Source: an uncultured Pseudoflavonifractor sp. (GTDB taxonomy: Bacteria; Bacillota; Clostridia; Oscillospirales; Oscillospiraceae). From it: a DNA stretch of 64,000 nucleotides. Below the pieces are notes generated by a model. It made no database searches and was not told the origin of the DNA. It saw only the letters and a program-made list of their open reading frames with translations. Below, in pieces: positions 49,178-56,652 of this stretch. Both the position numbers and the translations under genes were made by a program. Position 1 is the first letter of the stretch, and every line of letters begins with the position of its first letter. The stretch lies in assembly GCA_947644625.1 (NCBI GenBank), contig CANRZY010000002.1, positions 2,878 to 66,877 on the forward strand, read 5' to 3'.

Positions 49178-49339
49178 TCATTGCCTGTGAGCCAGGTCGT
49201 AGGACGCCAGCGCTGAGAGCAGGTCCTTTTCCCCTCCGCTCATGTGGTAGACCTTTTTCAGGTCTACCACATTTTTTTCGCGGAAGAGATAATACAGCAG
49301 ATTCAGCTCGGGATCGCTGCCCTCCCTCAGGCGTTTTTT
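49178..49339 (-). CDS. -1 frameshift extension of tail assembly chaperone (gpGT-like)
   Basis: Slippery A AAA AAC at 49339-49333; -1 frame open: KKRLREGSDPELNLLYYLFREKNVVDLKKVYHMSGGEKDLLSALASYDLAHRQ*. Confidence 0.75.
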   Translation of the reverse strand, partial: KKRLREGSDPELNLLYYLFREKNVVDLKKVYHMSGGEKDLLSALASYDLAHRQ

Positions 49340-49704
49340 ATTTCTTCAATGGTGGTCTTCCGATACCCGCTCAGCCGCTCCACTTCCCGTGCCATGTCCT
49401 CGATCTCTCCGGGCAGCAGCAGTCCCTTTACCGCCTCCGCCGGGGTGGGCCCGCCGTACTTTTCCATCAGGGCGGGGGCCTTCAGGTCAGGGTCCACGCA
49501 CCCGGCCAGCAGAATGGAGACCTCCGTATCCTCCGACGTTCCCTTGATGTCCTGCACCCGGCCATAGGGAAGGGCACGGAGGGTAAAGACCACATCCTCC
49601 CCCACCGCCTTGCTCAGCCGCTTGAGCTTATATTTGCCCGTGGGCAGGTCCTTATTTACATTGGGCGCTTCCGGCTTCAAGAGCCGGTCCAGCATTTCAC
49701 TCAT
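49327..49704 (-). CDS. Tail assembly chaperone (XkdN-like)
   Basis: KLKRLS...FTLRAL...GCVDPDLK...LLLPGEI...RLSGY; follows tube gene. Confidence 0.85.
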   Translation of the reverse strand: MSEMLDRLLKPEAPNVNKDLPTGKYKLKRLSKAVGEDVVFTLRALPYGRVQDIKGTSEDTEVSILLAGCVDPDLKAPALMEKYGGPTPAEAVKGLLLPGEIEDMAREVERLSGYRKTTIEEIKNA

Positions 49705-49806
49705 GTCGTCGCTCCTTTTTATGGTTTTTATTACATTTAATGAAAGGCCCCGATCAGGCTGCAAAGGAGGCTGGACGCTTTTGGTCTAAGCCCCCTTCTT
49801 CGCCCT

Positions 49807-50241
49807 TCAGGCCTGGATCATATCCAGGTACTCAAAGTCCTCAAAGGTAAAGGGGCACTCCACCTTTCCAAGCTGCTTAGCCTCGAAGTCCACCAGGGTC
49901 AGGTCGTCAAAGCTCACGTTGGAAAGACTCACCCGCTCGGCCCCGTAGGCGTCCGGGTCGTCCAGCTTGGTCACGATGGTGAAGCGGGGATCGGTCCCCT
50001 TCTTCATGGCCTCCCCCAAAAGCTGCCCCATGCGGGAGTTGACCTTGTGGAGCTTCAGGCTCCCCGTCCCCGACAGGCCCATGACCTTGTGTCCGTCCAT
50101 CAGCCGTCCGCACAGGGATACCGTTTCCTTGTCCGCAGAGATCTTGGCCTGGCAGCCGTAGCACTCCGCCACCTGCTCGCCGTCCATCCAGACCGTTCCC
50201 CAGGTACCGGCGATCACTCTTTTCGCAGAATCAATTTTCAT
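49807..50241 (-). CDS. Phage tail tube protein (XkdM-like)
   Basis: GTWGTVWMDG, GTGSLKLHKV, LDDPDAYGAERV, CPFTFED. Confidence 0.92.
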   Translation of the reverse strand: MKIDSAKRVIAGTWGTVWMDGEQVAECYGCQAKISADKETVSLCGRLMDGHKVMGLSGTGSLKLHKVNSRMGQLLGEAMKKGTDPRFTIVTKLDDPDAYGAERVSLSNVSFDDLTLVDFEAKQLGKVECPFTFEDFEYLDMIQA

Positions 50242-50257
50242 TTCATTCTCCTCCTTC

Positions 50258-51322
50258 TCAATGATTGACAACGATCACGATGTTTTCGATAGCGTCGAAA
50301 ACGCGGATGGCGCAGGCCAGAAACACGGTATTCCCCGTGTCCGCCGCCTTGATCTCCTGCTCATCCATCCCGGCGGTATCCACGCCCTTGTCCTCCAGAT
50401 AGGCCCGGACGCTCTCCACGTCGATCCCCACCGTGCTTCCCTCCTGAAGGATCCCCTCCTCCTCCAGGGAGATGAGGTAATCCCGCACAGCGGAGATCAG
50501 CAGGCACTTGTCGTCGTAGGAGGCAGTATGCCGCCCGATCCAGCTGTCCTGGCAGGCCCGGCGCAGGTTAGCCTGGATCAGGTCCCGTACCTCCACGATC
50601 TTGATCTTCTTCAGGCTTTCGTTCTGACCGGGGCGCAGGGTCTGAAGGCTGTTGACCCCCAAGCCGATCTTCACCTTTTCCCCATCGTGGATCAGCACCA
50701 GTTTCCCTTCGTCCACCGCCTCATCCGCCTCGACGCCGGAGAGCCGGTCCACATCCGTCACCTCGGGAAGGGGCGCGTAGGTACAGGACATGGTCATAGG
50801 CGTTCCCACCAACAGTCCGGCGATCCGGGAGCAATACTCTCCCGCCGTATAGGTCCGCTCCTTTTCCTGAATGCCGGAAGCGGCAAAGTTGACAATGGCC
50901 TCGTGGTCTCCGGCGTAGTTGGGCAGCACCGCCTTGGCGATGGAGGAGCGTTCCTCCCGGACTCCCTTCACCCAGTCGGCCAGCTCCTTGGCCTCCTCCT
51001 GGGTAAGGCTGGGGGGACCCGCCAGATAGTCAAAGGACTGGCTGCCCAACCAGGCCAAAGGCTCCTCAAACCCGGCGGCGTCCGCCGCTGTCACGCACAA
51101 AAGCACCTTTTGGGGCCGGGTCTCATAGCCGGTAAAGGCGCGCTGGACATAGGCCCTGTTTTCCGCCCCCAGCTCCTTGGGGATCTGCCGCTCCGAGGTC
51201 AGAGTATAATTCCCCGCCGCCTTCGCGTCCCGGACAATGACTGCCACGATCCCCTTACGGATCCGCTGCGCGGCAGTCTCCGCCGCCGCTTTAAAAATCA
51301 CATTGATACTAGGTAAACCCAT
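50258..51322 (-). CDS. Phage contractile tail sheath protein (XkdK-like)
   Basis: MGLPSINVIFK, YCSRIAGL, GVNSL, KKIKIVE, DAIE. Confidence 0.92.
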   Translation of the reverse strand: MGLPSINVIFKAAAETAAQRIRKGIVAVIVRDAKAAGNYTLTSERQIPKELGAENRAYVQRAFTGYETRPQKVLLCVTAADAAGFEEPLAWLGSQSFDYLAGPPSLTQEEAKELADWVKGVREERSSIAKAVLPNYAGDHEAIVNFAASGIQEKERTYTAGEYCSRIAGLLVGTPMTMSCTYAPLPEVTDVDRLSGVEADEAVDEGKLVLIHDGEKVKIGLGVNSLQTLRPGQNESLKKIKIVEVRDLIQANLRRACQDSWIGRHTASYDDKCLLISAVRDYLISLEEEGILQEGSTVGIDVESVRAYLEDKGVDTAGMDEQEIKAADTGNTVFLACAIRVFDAIENIVIVVNH

Positions 51323-51353
51323 TTTTTGTTCCTCCTTGTTTCTGTTGTTTTTG

Positions 51354-51791
51354 TTATTGGATCTTAACGTTCACACTTTGGAGAAGGGGATATTCCTCCT
51401 CCTTGTCCCAGCGTTCGCTGAACGAAACGCTCAGCGTCACCTGGGCGCTTTCATAGCTGCGCTCCCCCTGGATCCGGTCCACATGGGGGCTTCTGTCCCC
51501 CACGGGAAAATATCCGTGGGAGAAAAGGGCCATCACCTCTGCCTCCCGCTGACAGAGAGCGGGGACGTGGCTGTGGTGGTAGAGATCCGTTTCCAGGTAA
51601 ATGGTGATCTTTCCCTCCACGGTAAAGCGGGTATCGTAGCCCCCCGCCTCCTCCTGAACCACCTTTCCCATCTCCACCAGAAAGGCGGGCCGCTGAAACC
51701 CCTGGGGAACATAGTCGGTATAGCAGATCACCTCCGGCCACCGGTCCCTCAGCCGCTGGATCATTCCGTCCATAATATCAAGCTGCGTCAT
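51354..51791 (-). CDS. Phage tail terminator-like protein
   Basis: Position before sheath; VPQGFQRPAFLVE motif. Confidence 0.7.
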   Translation of the reverse strand: MTQLDIMDGMIQRLRDRWPEVICYTDYVPQGFQRPAFLVEMGKVVQEEAGGYDTRFTVEGKITIYLETDLYHHSHVPALCQREAEVMALFSHGYFPVGDRSPHVDRIQGERSYESAQVTLSVSFSERWDKEEEYPLLQSVNVKIQ

Positions 51792-51834
51792 GTTCTCTTC
51801 CGAGCCTCCCTACTCCCGGCGGACCTCCGCCGCC

Positions 51835-52434
51835 TTACGGTTCCACGATCCTTTCGATCTCTGTCTCATGCCTGTCCTCCTCCAGTTCATGACATACCTT
51901 TACCCACCAGGGCGCCGGGTCGTCCCCCACCGTCACCAGGCTGCCCAACCGGAGCTTCACCTCAGCGGGAGTCACCAGCGCCAGCCGAACCGTGTTTCGG
52001 GCCATGGGCCCCTGCTGCTCATGCTCCTGAAGCTTCTCGACGCACACAGCGTCAAAGCGGATCTGCCGCCCGGTCTCCCGCTCCTCTCCCTTGCAGGGCC
52101 GGAGCGTGACCAGTGCGGCTTTTACCGTCAGGTACCCTCTTCCCAGCGGGACGATAGCGGTGGGCAGATAAAACTTCCCGTTCCACATGATGGCGTCATG
52201 AAGGGTAACGCTCTGTCGGCGGAGGATAAATTCCGTCTCCCGCCCCCTCACACCGCTGCCGGTGTATGCAGCAAAACCCCCGGTGGGCGCTGCCTTTGCC
52301 CAGATCTTTCGGTACTCGGTCCATTCCCAGCCCTCGCTGTCCCGGCAGCAACCGCAGCGCCTCAGAGGCCGGAAGGCCAGCAGGCTTATCCTCTGATCCA
52401 GCTCCCCAACGTCAGGACTTCTGATCGTCGCCAT
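51835..52434 (-). CDS. Head-tail adaptor/closure-like protein
   Basis: GELDQRISLL...KIWAKA resembles head-closure proteins; position after connector. Confidence 0.7.
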   Translation of the reverse strand: MATIRSPDVGELDQRISLLAFRPLRRCGCCRDSEGWEWTEYRKIWAKAAPTGGFAAYTGSGVRGRETEFILRRQSVTLHDAIMWNGKFYLPTAIVPLGRGYLTVKAALVTLRPCKGEERETGRQIRFDAVCVEKLQEHEQQGPMARNTVRLALVTPAEVKLRLGSLVTVGDDPAPWWVKVCHELEEDRHETEIERIVEP

Positions 52435-52771
52435 TTTCTCCCCCCTTTCCGGCGTCGGCGTTGGAGCCGTCCGCTTCCTCTGTTTTCTTAAGCTGTTCGA
52501 TGATTCGTTGGACCGCCTTGCTATCCTCCGGGGCGGTTTCGTCAACGCTCCGCCGCTCATAGTAGGCCAGGGCCAGACAGTGGCAGGCCATGTCATAGAG
52601 CGCCCGCTTTCCGCTTCCGGCGGGGGGCAGCGTTACCCCGGCTCCCGCCAGGTACGTCCGGGCGGCCAGGACCGTATCCACCACCAGGGCGTCGTCCTCC
52701 TCCCCCTCCACACGCATATAAGCTTTGGCCGCCGCCAGCTCCTCCGGGTACAGCAATTCGTATGCCTCCAT
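52412..52771 (-). CDS. Head-tail connector (gp6-like)
   Basis: AAKAYMRVEGEEDDALV...AARTYLAGAG...LAYYERR...IIEQLK. Confidence 0.85.
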   Translation of the reverse strand: MEAYELLYPEELAAAKAYMRVEGEEDDALVVDTVLAARTYLAGAGVTLPPAGSGKRALYDMACHCLALAYYERRSVDETAPEDSKAVQRIIEQLKKTEEADGSNADAGKGGENGDDQKS

Positions 52772-52961
52772 AGACTATCCCCCCCTTCCCTGCCGCCTAT
52801 GGCCGCGCTGCTTTTTCCGTTCCTCCATACCTCTCCTCCTTCAAATCTTTTATAGCTCCAGGCTTCCGCAAAGCCAAAGCCAACTGTTTTTCCGGGCCTT
52901 CCCCGGACCGGACGGCAAAGCAAACGCATTTCTGCCGCCATGCAGAGGGCTTCTTCCCTTG

Positions 52962-52976
52962 GTACGCAATACGCAC
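52962..52976. promoter_or_regulatory. Putative repressor operator 2
   Basis: GTACG-CAATA-CGCAC, near-copy of the 53142-53156 palindrome. Confidence 0.55.
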
Positions 52977-53083
52977 CAACTCTTGCAAAAAAAATTTTGT
53001 AAAGTCTCCCTCCGCCCAATATCAACCGCTGAAACATCAGTCTGCACCATGCCGCGTCTTTATTGGTACTTTCCACGTACCAT

Positions 53084-53112
53084 ATGATACCACCCCATCC
53101 GGTACGTGTCAA
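53084..53112 (-). promoter_or_regulatory. SigA-like promoter for tail cassette
   Basis: TTGACA-N17-TATCAT on the minus strand. Confidence 0.75.
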
Positions 53113-53141
53113 GTGATTTTTTCTTATTTTTTAAAAATGTG

Positions 53142-53169
53142 TTGCGCAATACGCAATTTGTGTTATAAT
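53142..53169 (+). promoter_or_regulatory. Repressor promoter with overlapping palindromic operator
   Basis: TTGCG-CAATA-CGCAA palindrome over the -35; TG-n-TATAAT -10. Confidence 0.65.
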
Positions 53170-53224
53170 CATAGTACCTTCCCCTGACAAGGGCAAGCGA
53201 AGGTACTATAGGGAGGTTATATGT

Positions 53225-53854
53225 ATGGGAATTGGAGAAAATATTCGTCTTCACAGGCGTATGCTGAACATGACTTTGGAAGAGGTGGCGGCAAAGGTGG
53301 GAATCAGTCGGCAGACCTTGAGCCGGTATGAGACCGGGATCATCAGCAACATTCCCTCCGACAACATAGAGGCCCTGGCGCAGGCGCTGGACACCACCCC
53401 CGCCTGTCTCATGGGCTGGGAGGAGCCTCCGCTTCCCCCTGAGCTTGTCCCCATTGACTCCTCCCGCTTCAAAAAGATTCCTATTCTGGGCTACATCTCC
53501 GCAGGGCTTCCTTTGTATGCCGAGGAGCATGTGGAAGGGTATACCTACACCGACCTCAACGGCGGCGCCGAGTATTTTGCCCTTCTTGTTCGGGGAGACA
53601 GTATGAACGCCATCGGCATTAACGATGGTTACCAGATCATCGTCCGGCGGCAGGAGGAGGTAGAGAACGGGGAGATCGCCGTTGTGATGGTCGGTGAAGA
53701 AAATGCTACCGTAAAGCGGTTTTACAGCACGGACTCCACCGTTACCCTTATGCCTCAGTCCACAAATCCCATCCATCAGCCCCAGATCTACGATCTGAGC
53801 AAAATACCCATCAAGGTACTGGGAAAAGTGGTCAAGGTAGAGTTCACTTTGTAA
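53225..53854 (+). CDS. XRE HTH + S24 peptidase (CI/LexA-like) repressor
   Basis: MTLEEVAAKVGISRQTLSRYETG HTH; SAG cleavage site; GDSM serine; TVKRF lysine. Confidence 0.93.
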   Translation: MGIGENIRLHRRMLNMTLEEVAAKVGISRQTLSRYETGIISNIPSDNIEALAQALDTTPACLMGWEEPPLPPELVPIDSSRFKKIPILGYISAGLPLYAEEHVEGYTYTDLNGGAEYFALLVRGDSMNAIGINDGYQIIVRRQEEVENGEIAVVMVGEENATVKRFYSTDSTVTLMPQSTNPIHQPQIYDLSKIPIKVLGKVVKVEFTL

Positions 53855-53868
53855 GACCATTCCAAACA

Positions 53869-53891
53869 CAAAAGAACCGTCCCCCTGTGTT
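53869..53891 (-). repeat. 23-bp repeat, inverted partner of 49025-49047
   Basis: CAAAAGAACCGTCCCCCTGTGTT. Confidence 0.8.
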
Positions 53892-53913
53892 TATTGCCCC
53901 TGTGTTTAAGCAT

Positions 53914-53949
53914 AAAAAAGACCGGCCCTTTATAGGGTCGGTCTTTTTT
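53914..53949. terminator. Bidirectional terminator
   Basis: AAAAAAGACCGGCCCT...AGGGTCGGTCTTTTTT. Confidence 0.75.
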
Positions 53950-53950
53950 A

Positions 53951-53976
53951 TGGTGCACGAGGTGGGACTCGAACCC
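53951..53976 (-). other. tRNA 3'-end fragment (probable prophage att site)
   Basis: Revcomp GGGTTCGAGTCCCACCTCGTGCACCA = T-loop + acceptor 3' strand + CCA; no 5' half upstream. Confidence 0.8.
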
Positions 53977-54137
53977 TCCCCACCCATCCGCAAACGTACT
54001 GCGCCGCAATGATTTTAGCCGTATGCGCCATCATTGTGTTGTATTCCGTGTGACAAATATCGTGGTCCCCCTCACTGCCGGGGCCCCCCTCATACAGGTA
54101 GGCATACCATCCAACAAATAGAGAAAGGATCCTTACA

Positions 54138-54506
54138 ATGTCTATCTACATTCCGACTCCAGAGGAGCTGGAAGCAAAATACGAGCCCCACACCATTCTC
54201 CTGCTCCGGCAGCTAAAGATTCCTGACAATCTGCGTGGTTTTACTTACCTCTCCTCCGCCATTCCCCATGCCGCCGCAAACCCCTCTCAGATACTTTATG
54301 TCACAAAGGAGTTGTATCCTTATGTAGCCCGAAAATTCACCTCCACCGACAGCCGGGTGGAGCGGGATATCCGCAACGCCATTCAGATCGGCTGGCGGCT
54401 GGGAATGCAGGAACCCCTGGAGCAGATTGCCGGAACCAGCGTCCCACAGCGCCCCACGAACTCCTTTCTAATTCTGCTGCTTGCCAACTACATACGTCTT
54501 CATTAG
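54138..54506 (+). CDS. Stand-alone Spo0A C-terminal DNA-binding domain protein
   Basis: LKIPDNLRGFTYL...VTKELYPYVA...SRVERDIRNAI...RPTNSFLI; no receiver domain. Confidence 0.88.
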   Translation: MSIYIPTPEELEAKYEPHTILLLRQLKIPDNLRGFTYLSSAIPHAAANPSQILYVTKELYPYVARKFTSTDSRVERDIRNAIQIGWRLGMQEPLEQIAGTSVPQRPTNSFLILLLANYIRLH

Positions 54507-54547
54507 AGCAGACGGGGGTGTCCAATTTGGACACCCCCGCACCTTTC

Positions 54548-55174
54548 TTATTTTGCCTTTATATCAAGCCAAAATGCTCCATATGTTCCATTGTTTTCTG
54601 TACCGCTTAAGGTAAACACCGCATCTCCCACCATACACTCACACGCCTCCTCCGCCGCCGATGGAATGTTGTCCTGCACCCATTCTTTCGTGGCCGTGGT
54701 ATCCGACGTATCATAGGGGACTGTCGCCGCATAGCCCAGGTACATTTGGGCCAGTTCCACAAACTCATCATTGGACAGAGTATACTGGCTCTCTATCCCG
54801 ATAGATCCGCTGATAAGCTCAAAATCCTCATCTGCGGAAAGCTGATAGTCATACATGACGTTAAGCAGCGGATGCGTATAACTTGTTCCCGAGGAGTACG
54901 CAAATACCGCCTTCGCTTCTTCAGGTGCGGACTTGATGGATGCTTCCTCCAGCCCAAAACTTGCCAAGCCCATCCGGATGTCGGTGATATGACTGCCGGG
55001 AAACCCTCTGTCATCGACTACCTGTTCTTCCTCAGGGGTAGGCTCCGGTGTCGGCTCTATGACCTCCGGCGTCGGCGATACCGCTTCGGGGCGACTCGAC
55101 CCAGAACAGGCAGACAAGGAAAACAACAGTATCGCAACAAGAACCCCAAGAATCAGTTTATAAAGTCTCTTCAT
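54548..55174 (-). CDS. Acidic lipoprotein (moron)
   Basis: Lipobox LSAC; PTPE-rich linker. Confidence 0.8.
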   Translation of the reverse strand: MKRLYKLILGVLVAILLFSLSACSGSSRPEAVSPTPEVIEPTPEPTPEEEQVVDDRGFPGSHITDIRMGLASFGLEEASIKSAPEEAKAVFAYSSGTSYTHPLLNVMYDYQLSADEDFELISGSIGIESQYTLSNDEFVELAQMYLGYAATVPYDTSDTTATKEWVQDNIPSAAEEACECMVGDAVFTLSGTENNGTYGAFWLDIKAK

Positions 55175-55194
55175 ATTTTACCCTTCTCCTTCTT

Positions 55195-55235
55195 TTTATA
55201 CTATCGACATTATACCGATATGTCGATAGTATAAA
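55195..55235. promoter_or_regulatory. 16-bp perfect inverted repeat between divergent genes (putative operator)
   Basis: TTTATACTATCGACAT-N9-ATGTCGATAGTATAAA. Confidence 0.6.
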
Positions 55236-55269
55236 GTATAATTGGGTAAACTGTCAAGGGGTTGGTCGA

Positions 55270-55455
55270 ATGGCCTATTCAGACGCCCAAAAAGAGGCGA
55301 CTGCACGGTATAACAAGAAGACTTACGACCGAATAGAAATCAAAGTTAAAAAGGGCCGTAAGGGCTTAATCTTTGAACATGCTGCCAAACAAGGAAAAAG
55401 CGTAAATCAATTTATCGTCGAACTTATTGACGCCGCAATGAAGGAGGACGCCTAA
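55270..55455 (+). CDS. Ribbon-helix-helix (Arc-like) DNA-binding protein
   Basis: AQKEATARYNKKTYDRIEIKVKKG...HAAKQGKSVNQFI. Confidence 0.8.
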   Translation: MAYSDAQKEATARYNKKTYDRIEIKVKKGRKGLIFEHAAKQGKSVNQFIVELIDAAMKEDA

Positions 55456-55474
55456 CTTCAGGTGTCCTCTTTTG

Positions 55475-56197
55475 CTATTTTCCAGCCTTGTCCAGCAGCC
55501 CCAGCCGGTCCATCCACACCAGGGGCTGGAGGTTGCATTCCGGTACGCTTACCGCTCCGGCGGCGTCCATCTTCATGATCCCGATGTTGATGGCCTTGGT
55601 GGCCGCCTCCTGGCCCCAGGAGGGCATTTCGTTCACATAGCGGTATTGTTTCATATTTTCCTCCTTCCCCGCCGTCAGGCGGCCCTTAAACGCCGTCCAG
55701 GCGATTTCGTCCACAAAGTAGGCCGGGCAATGCTTTCCCGTCACGTCAAAGTGCCTTACCACCCGCTCGATGGGGATATCATATTTCTCCATCAGCTCCC
55801 GGCCCAGCGCCGCCGCCCGCTCCAGAGTGGCCTCCGCAGCCATAAGCTTCCCGTCCCGGCTGGTATCGCACATCTCGATGGATATACTGTTGGCGTTTGT
55901 CACCACCCCGTAGAGGCTCCCGCCGCCGGTCTGAGGACAATCGGACCACTTACGGCCACCCACAGCCCAGGCAATAAACAGATCCCCTACCGACTGGTAG
56001 ATCTCCTCATCGTCCACAAAGTAGTGAGCCGACGCCTGCACCACCGTACTCTGATAGTATTTAGCGTTACCCAGCGCCCGGTCCCCATCGTTGCCTGTGT
56101 AGTGATACACCAGGTATCGGATATCATCCGGATTCCTGGCCCCTCCCCGGTTGCCGGGATGGCACAGCAGCCGGATCACCGTATCCAGGATCCCCAT
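55475..56197 (-). CDS. N-acetylmuramoyl-L-alanine amidase (endolysin)
   Basis: VYHYTG, ASAHYFVD, AWAVG, NSISIEMC, RHFDVTGKHCP. Confidence 0.92.
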   Translation of the reverse strand: MGILDTVIRLLCHPGNRGGARNPDDIRYLVYHYTGNDGDRALGNAKYYQSTVVQASAHYFVDDEEIYQSVGDLFIAWAVGGRKWSDCPQTGGGSLYGVVTNANSISIEMCDTSRDGKLMAAEATLERAAALGRELMEKYDIPIERVVRHFDVTGKHCPAYFVDEIAWTAFKGRLTAGKEENMKQYRYVNEMPSWGQEAATKAINIGIMKMDAAGAVSVPECNLQPLVWMDRLGLLDKAGK

Positions 56198-56199
56198 GC

Positions 56200-56397
56200 T
56201 TATTCCACCTCCGGCAGCCCGGCCACTGAGGTCAGCAGGGACAGGATCCCCGCCAACACAGAGGCCGAGGCCACCATAGGCCAGTTGACCTCCCCCATGA
56301 CAGCCGCCGTCCCGATGGTGGCCACTGCCGTCTGGGCCACTGTCTTCACCGCGCGGATCCCTGCCGCCTTCCACCACTTTTTTGTCTTCGCTTTCAT
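56200..56397 (-). CDS. Phage holin (r1t/Dp-1-like)
   Basis: [16 protein letters not shown]...[10 protein letters not shown]...[11 protein letters not shown]. Confidence 0.9.
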   Translation of the reverse strand: MKAKTKKWWKAAGIRAVKTVAQTAVATIGTAAVMGEVNWPMVASASVLAGILSLLTSVAGLPEVE

Positions 56398-56409
56398 ATT
56401 CATATCCTC

Positions 56410-56652
56410 CTATTTGTGATATTCCTCCAGGTCCCCCAATCTGTGATTGATGACCTTGATTTTTTCCTCCTGTACCTCTGTTCGCTCCTCCAGATGGTAG
56501 GTCCGCTCCACCAGGTTATTGTGGGCCTGCACCTTCTTTTCCAGTTCCTCCAGCCGGTAGGCGATGAGGGCCGAAGATTTCCGGTTTGCCAGATAGGCCC
56601 CCGCCAGTGTCCCTATCAGAGCCAACACCGCTACGATAATGCTTTCACTCAT
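56410..56652 (-). CDS. Small membrane protein of lysis cassette (holin/XhlA-like)
   Basis: N-terminal TM; LIAYRLEELEKKVQAHNNLVERTY coiled coil. Confidence 0.8.
   Translation of the reverse strand: MSESIIVAVLALIGTLAGAYLANRKSSALIAYRLEELEKKVQAHNNLVERTYHLEERTEVQEEKIKVINHRLGDLEEYHK

Noticed and set aside
56397-56403. Met-Asn-Met dual start of holin (holin/antiholin)
   Set aside because: The first ATG is only 2 nt from the GGAGG and the extension is uncharged; weak support.
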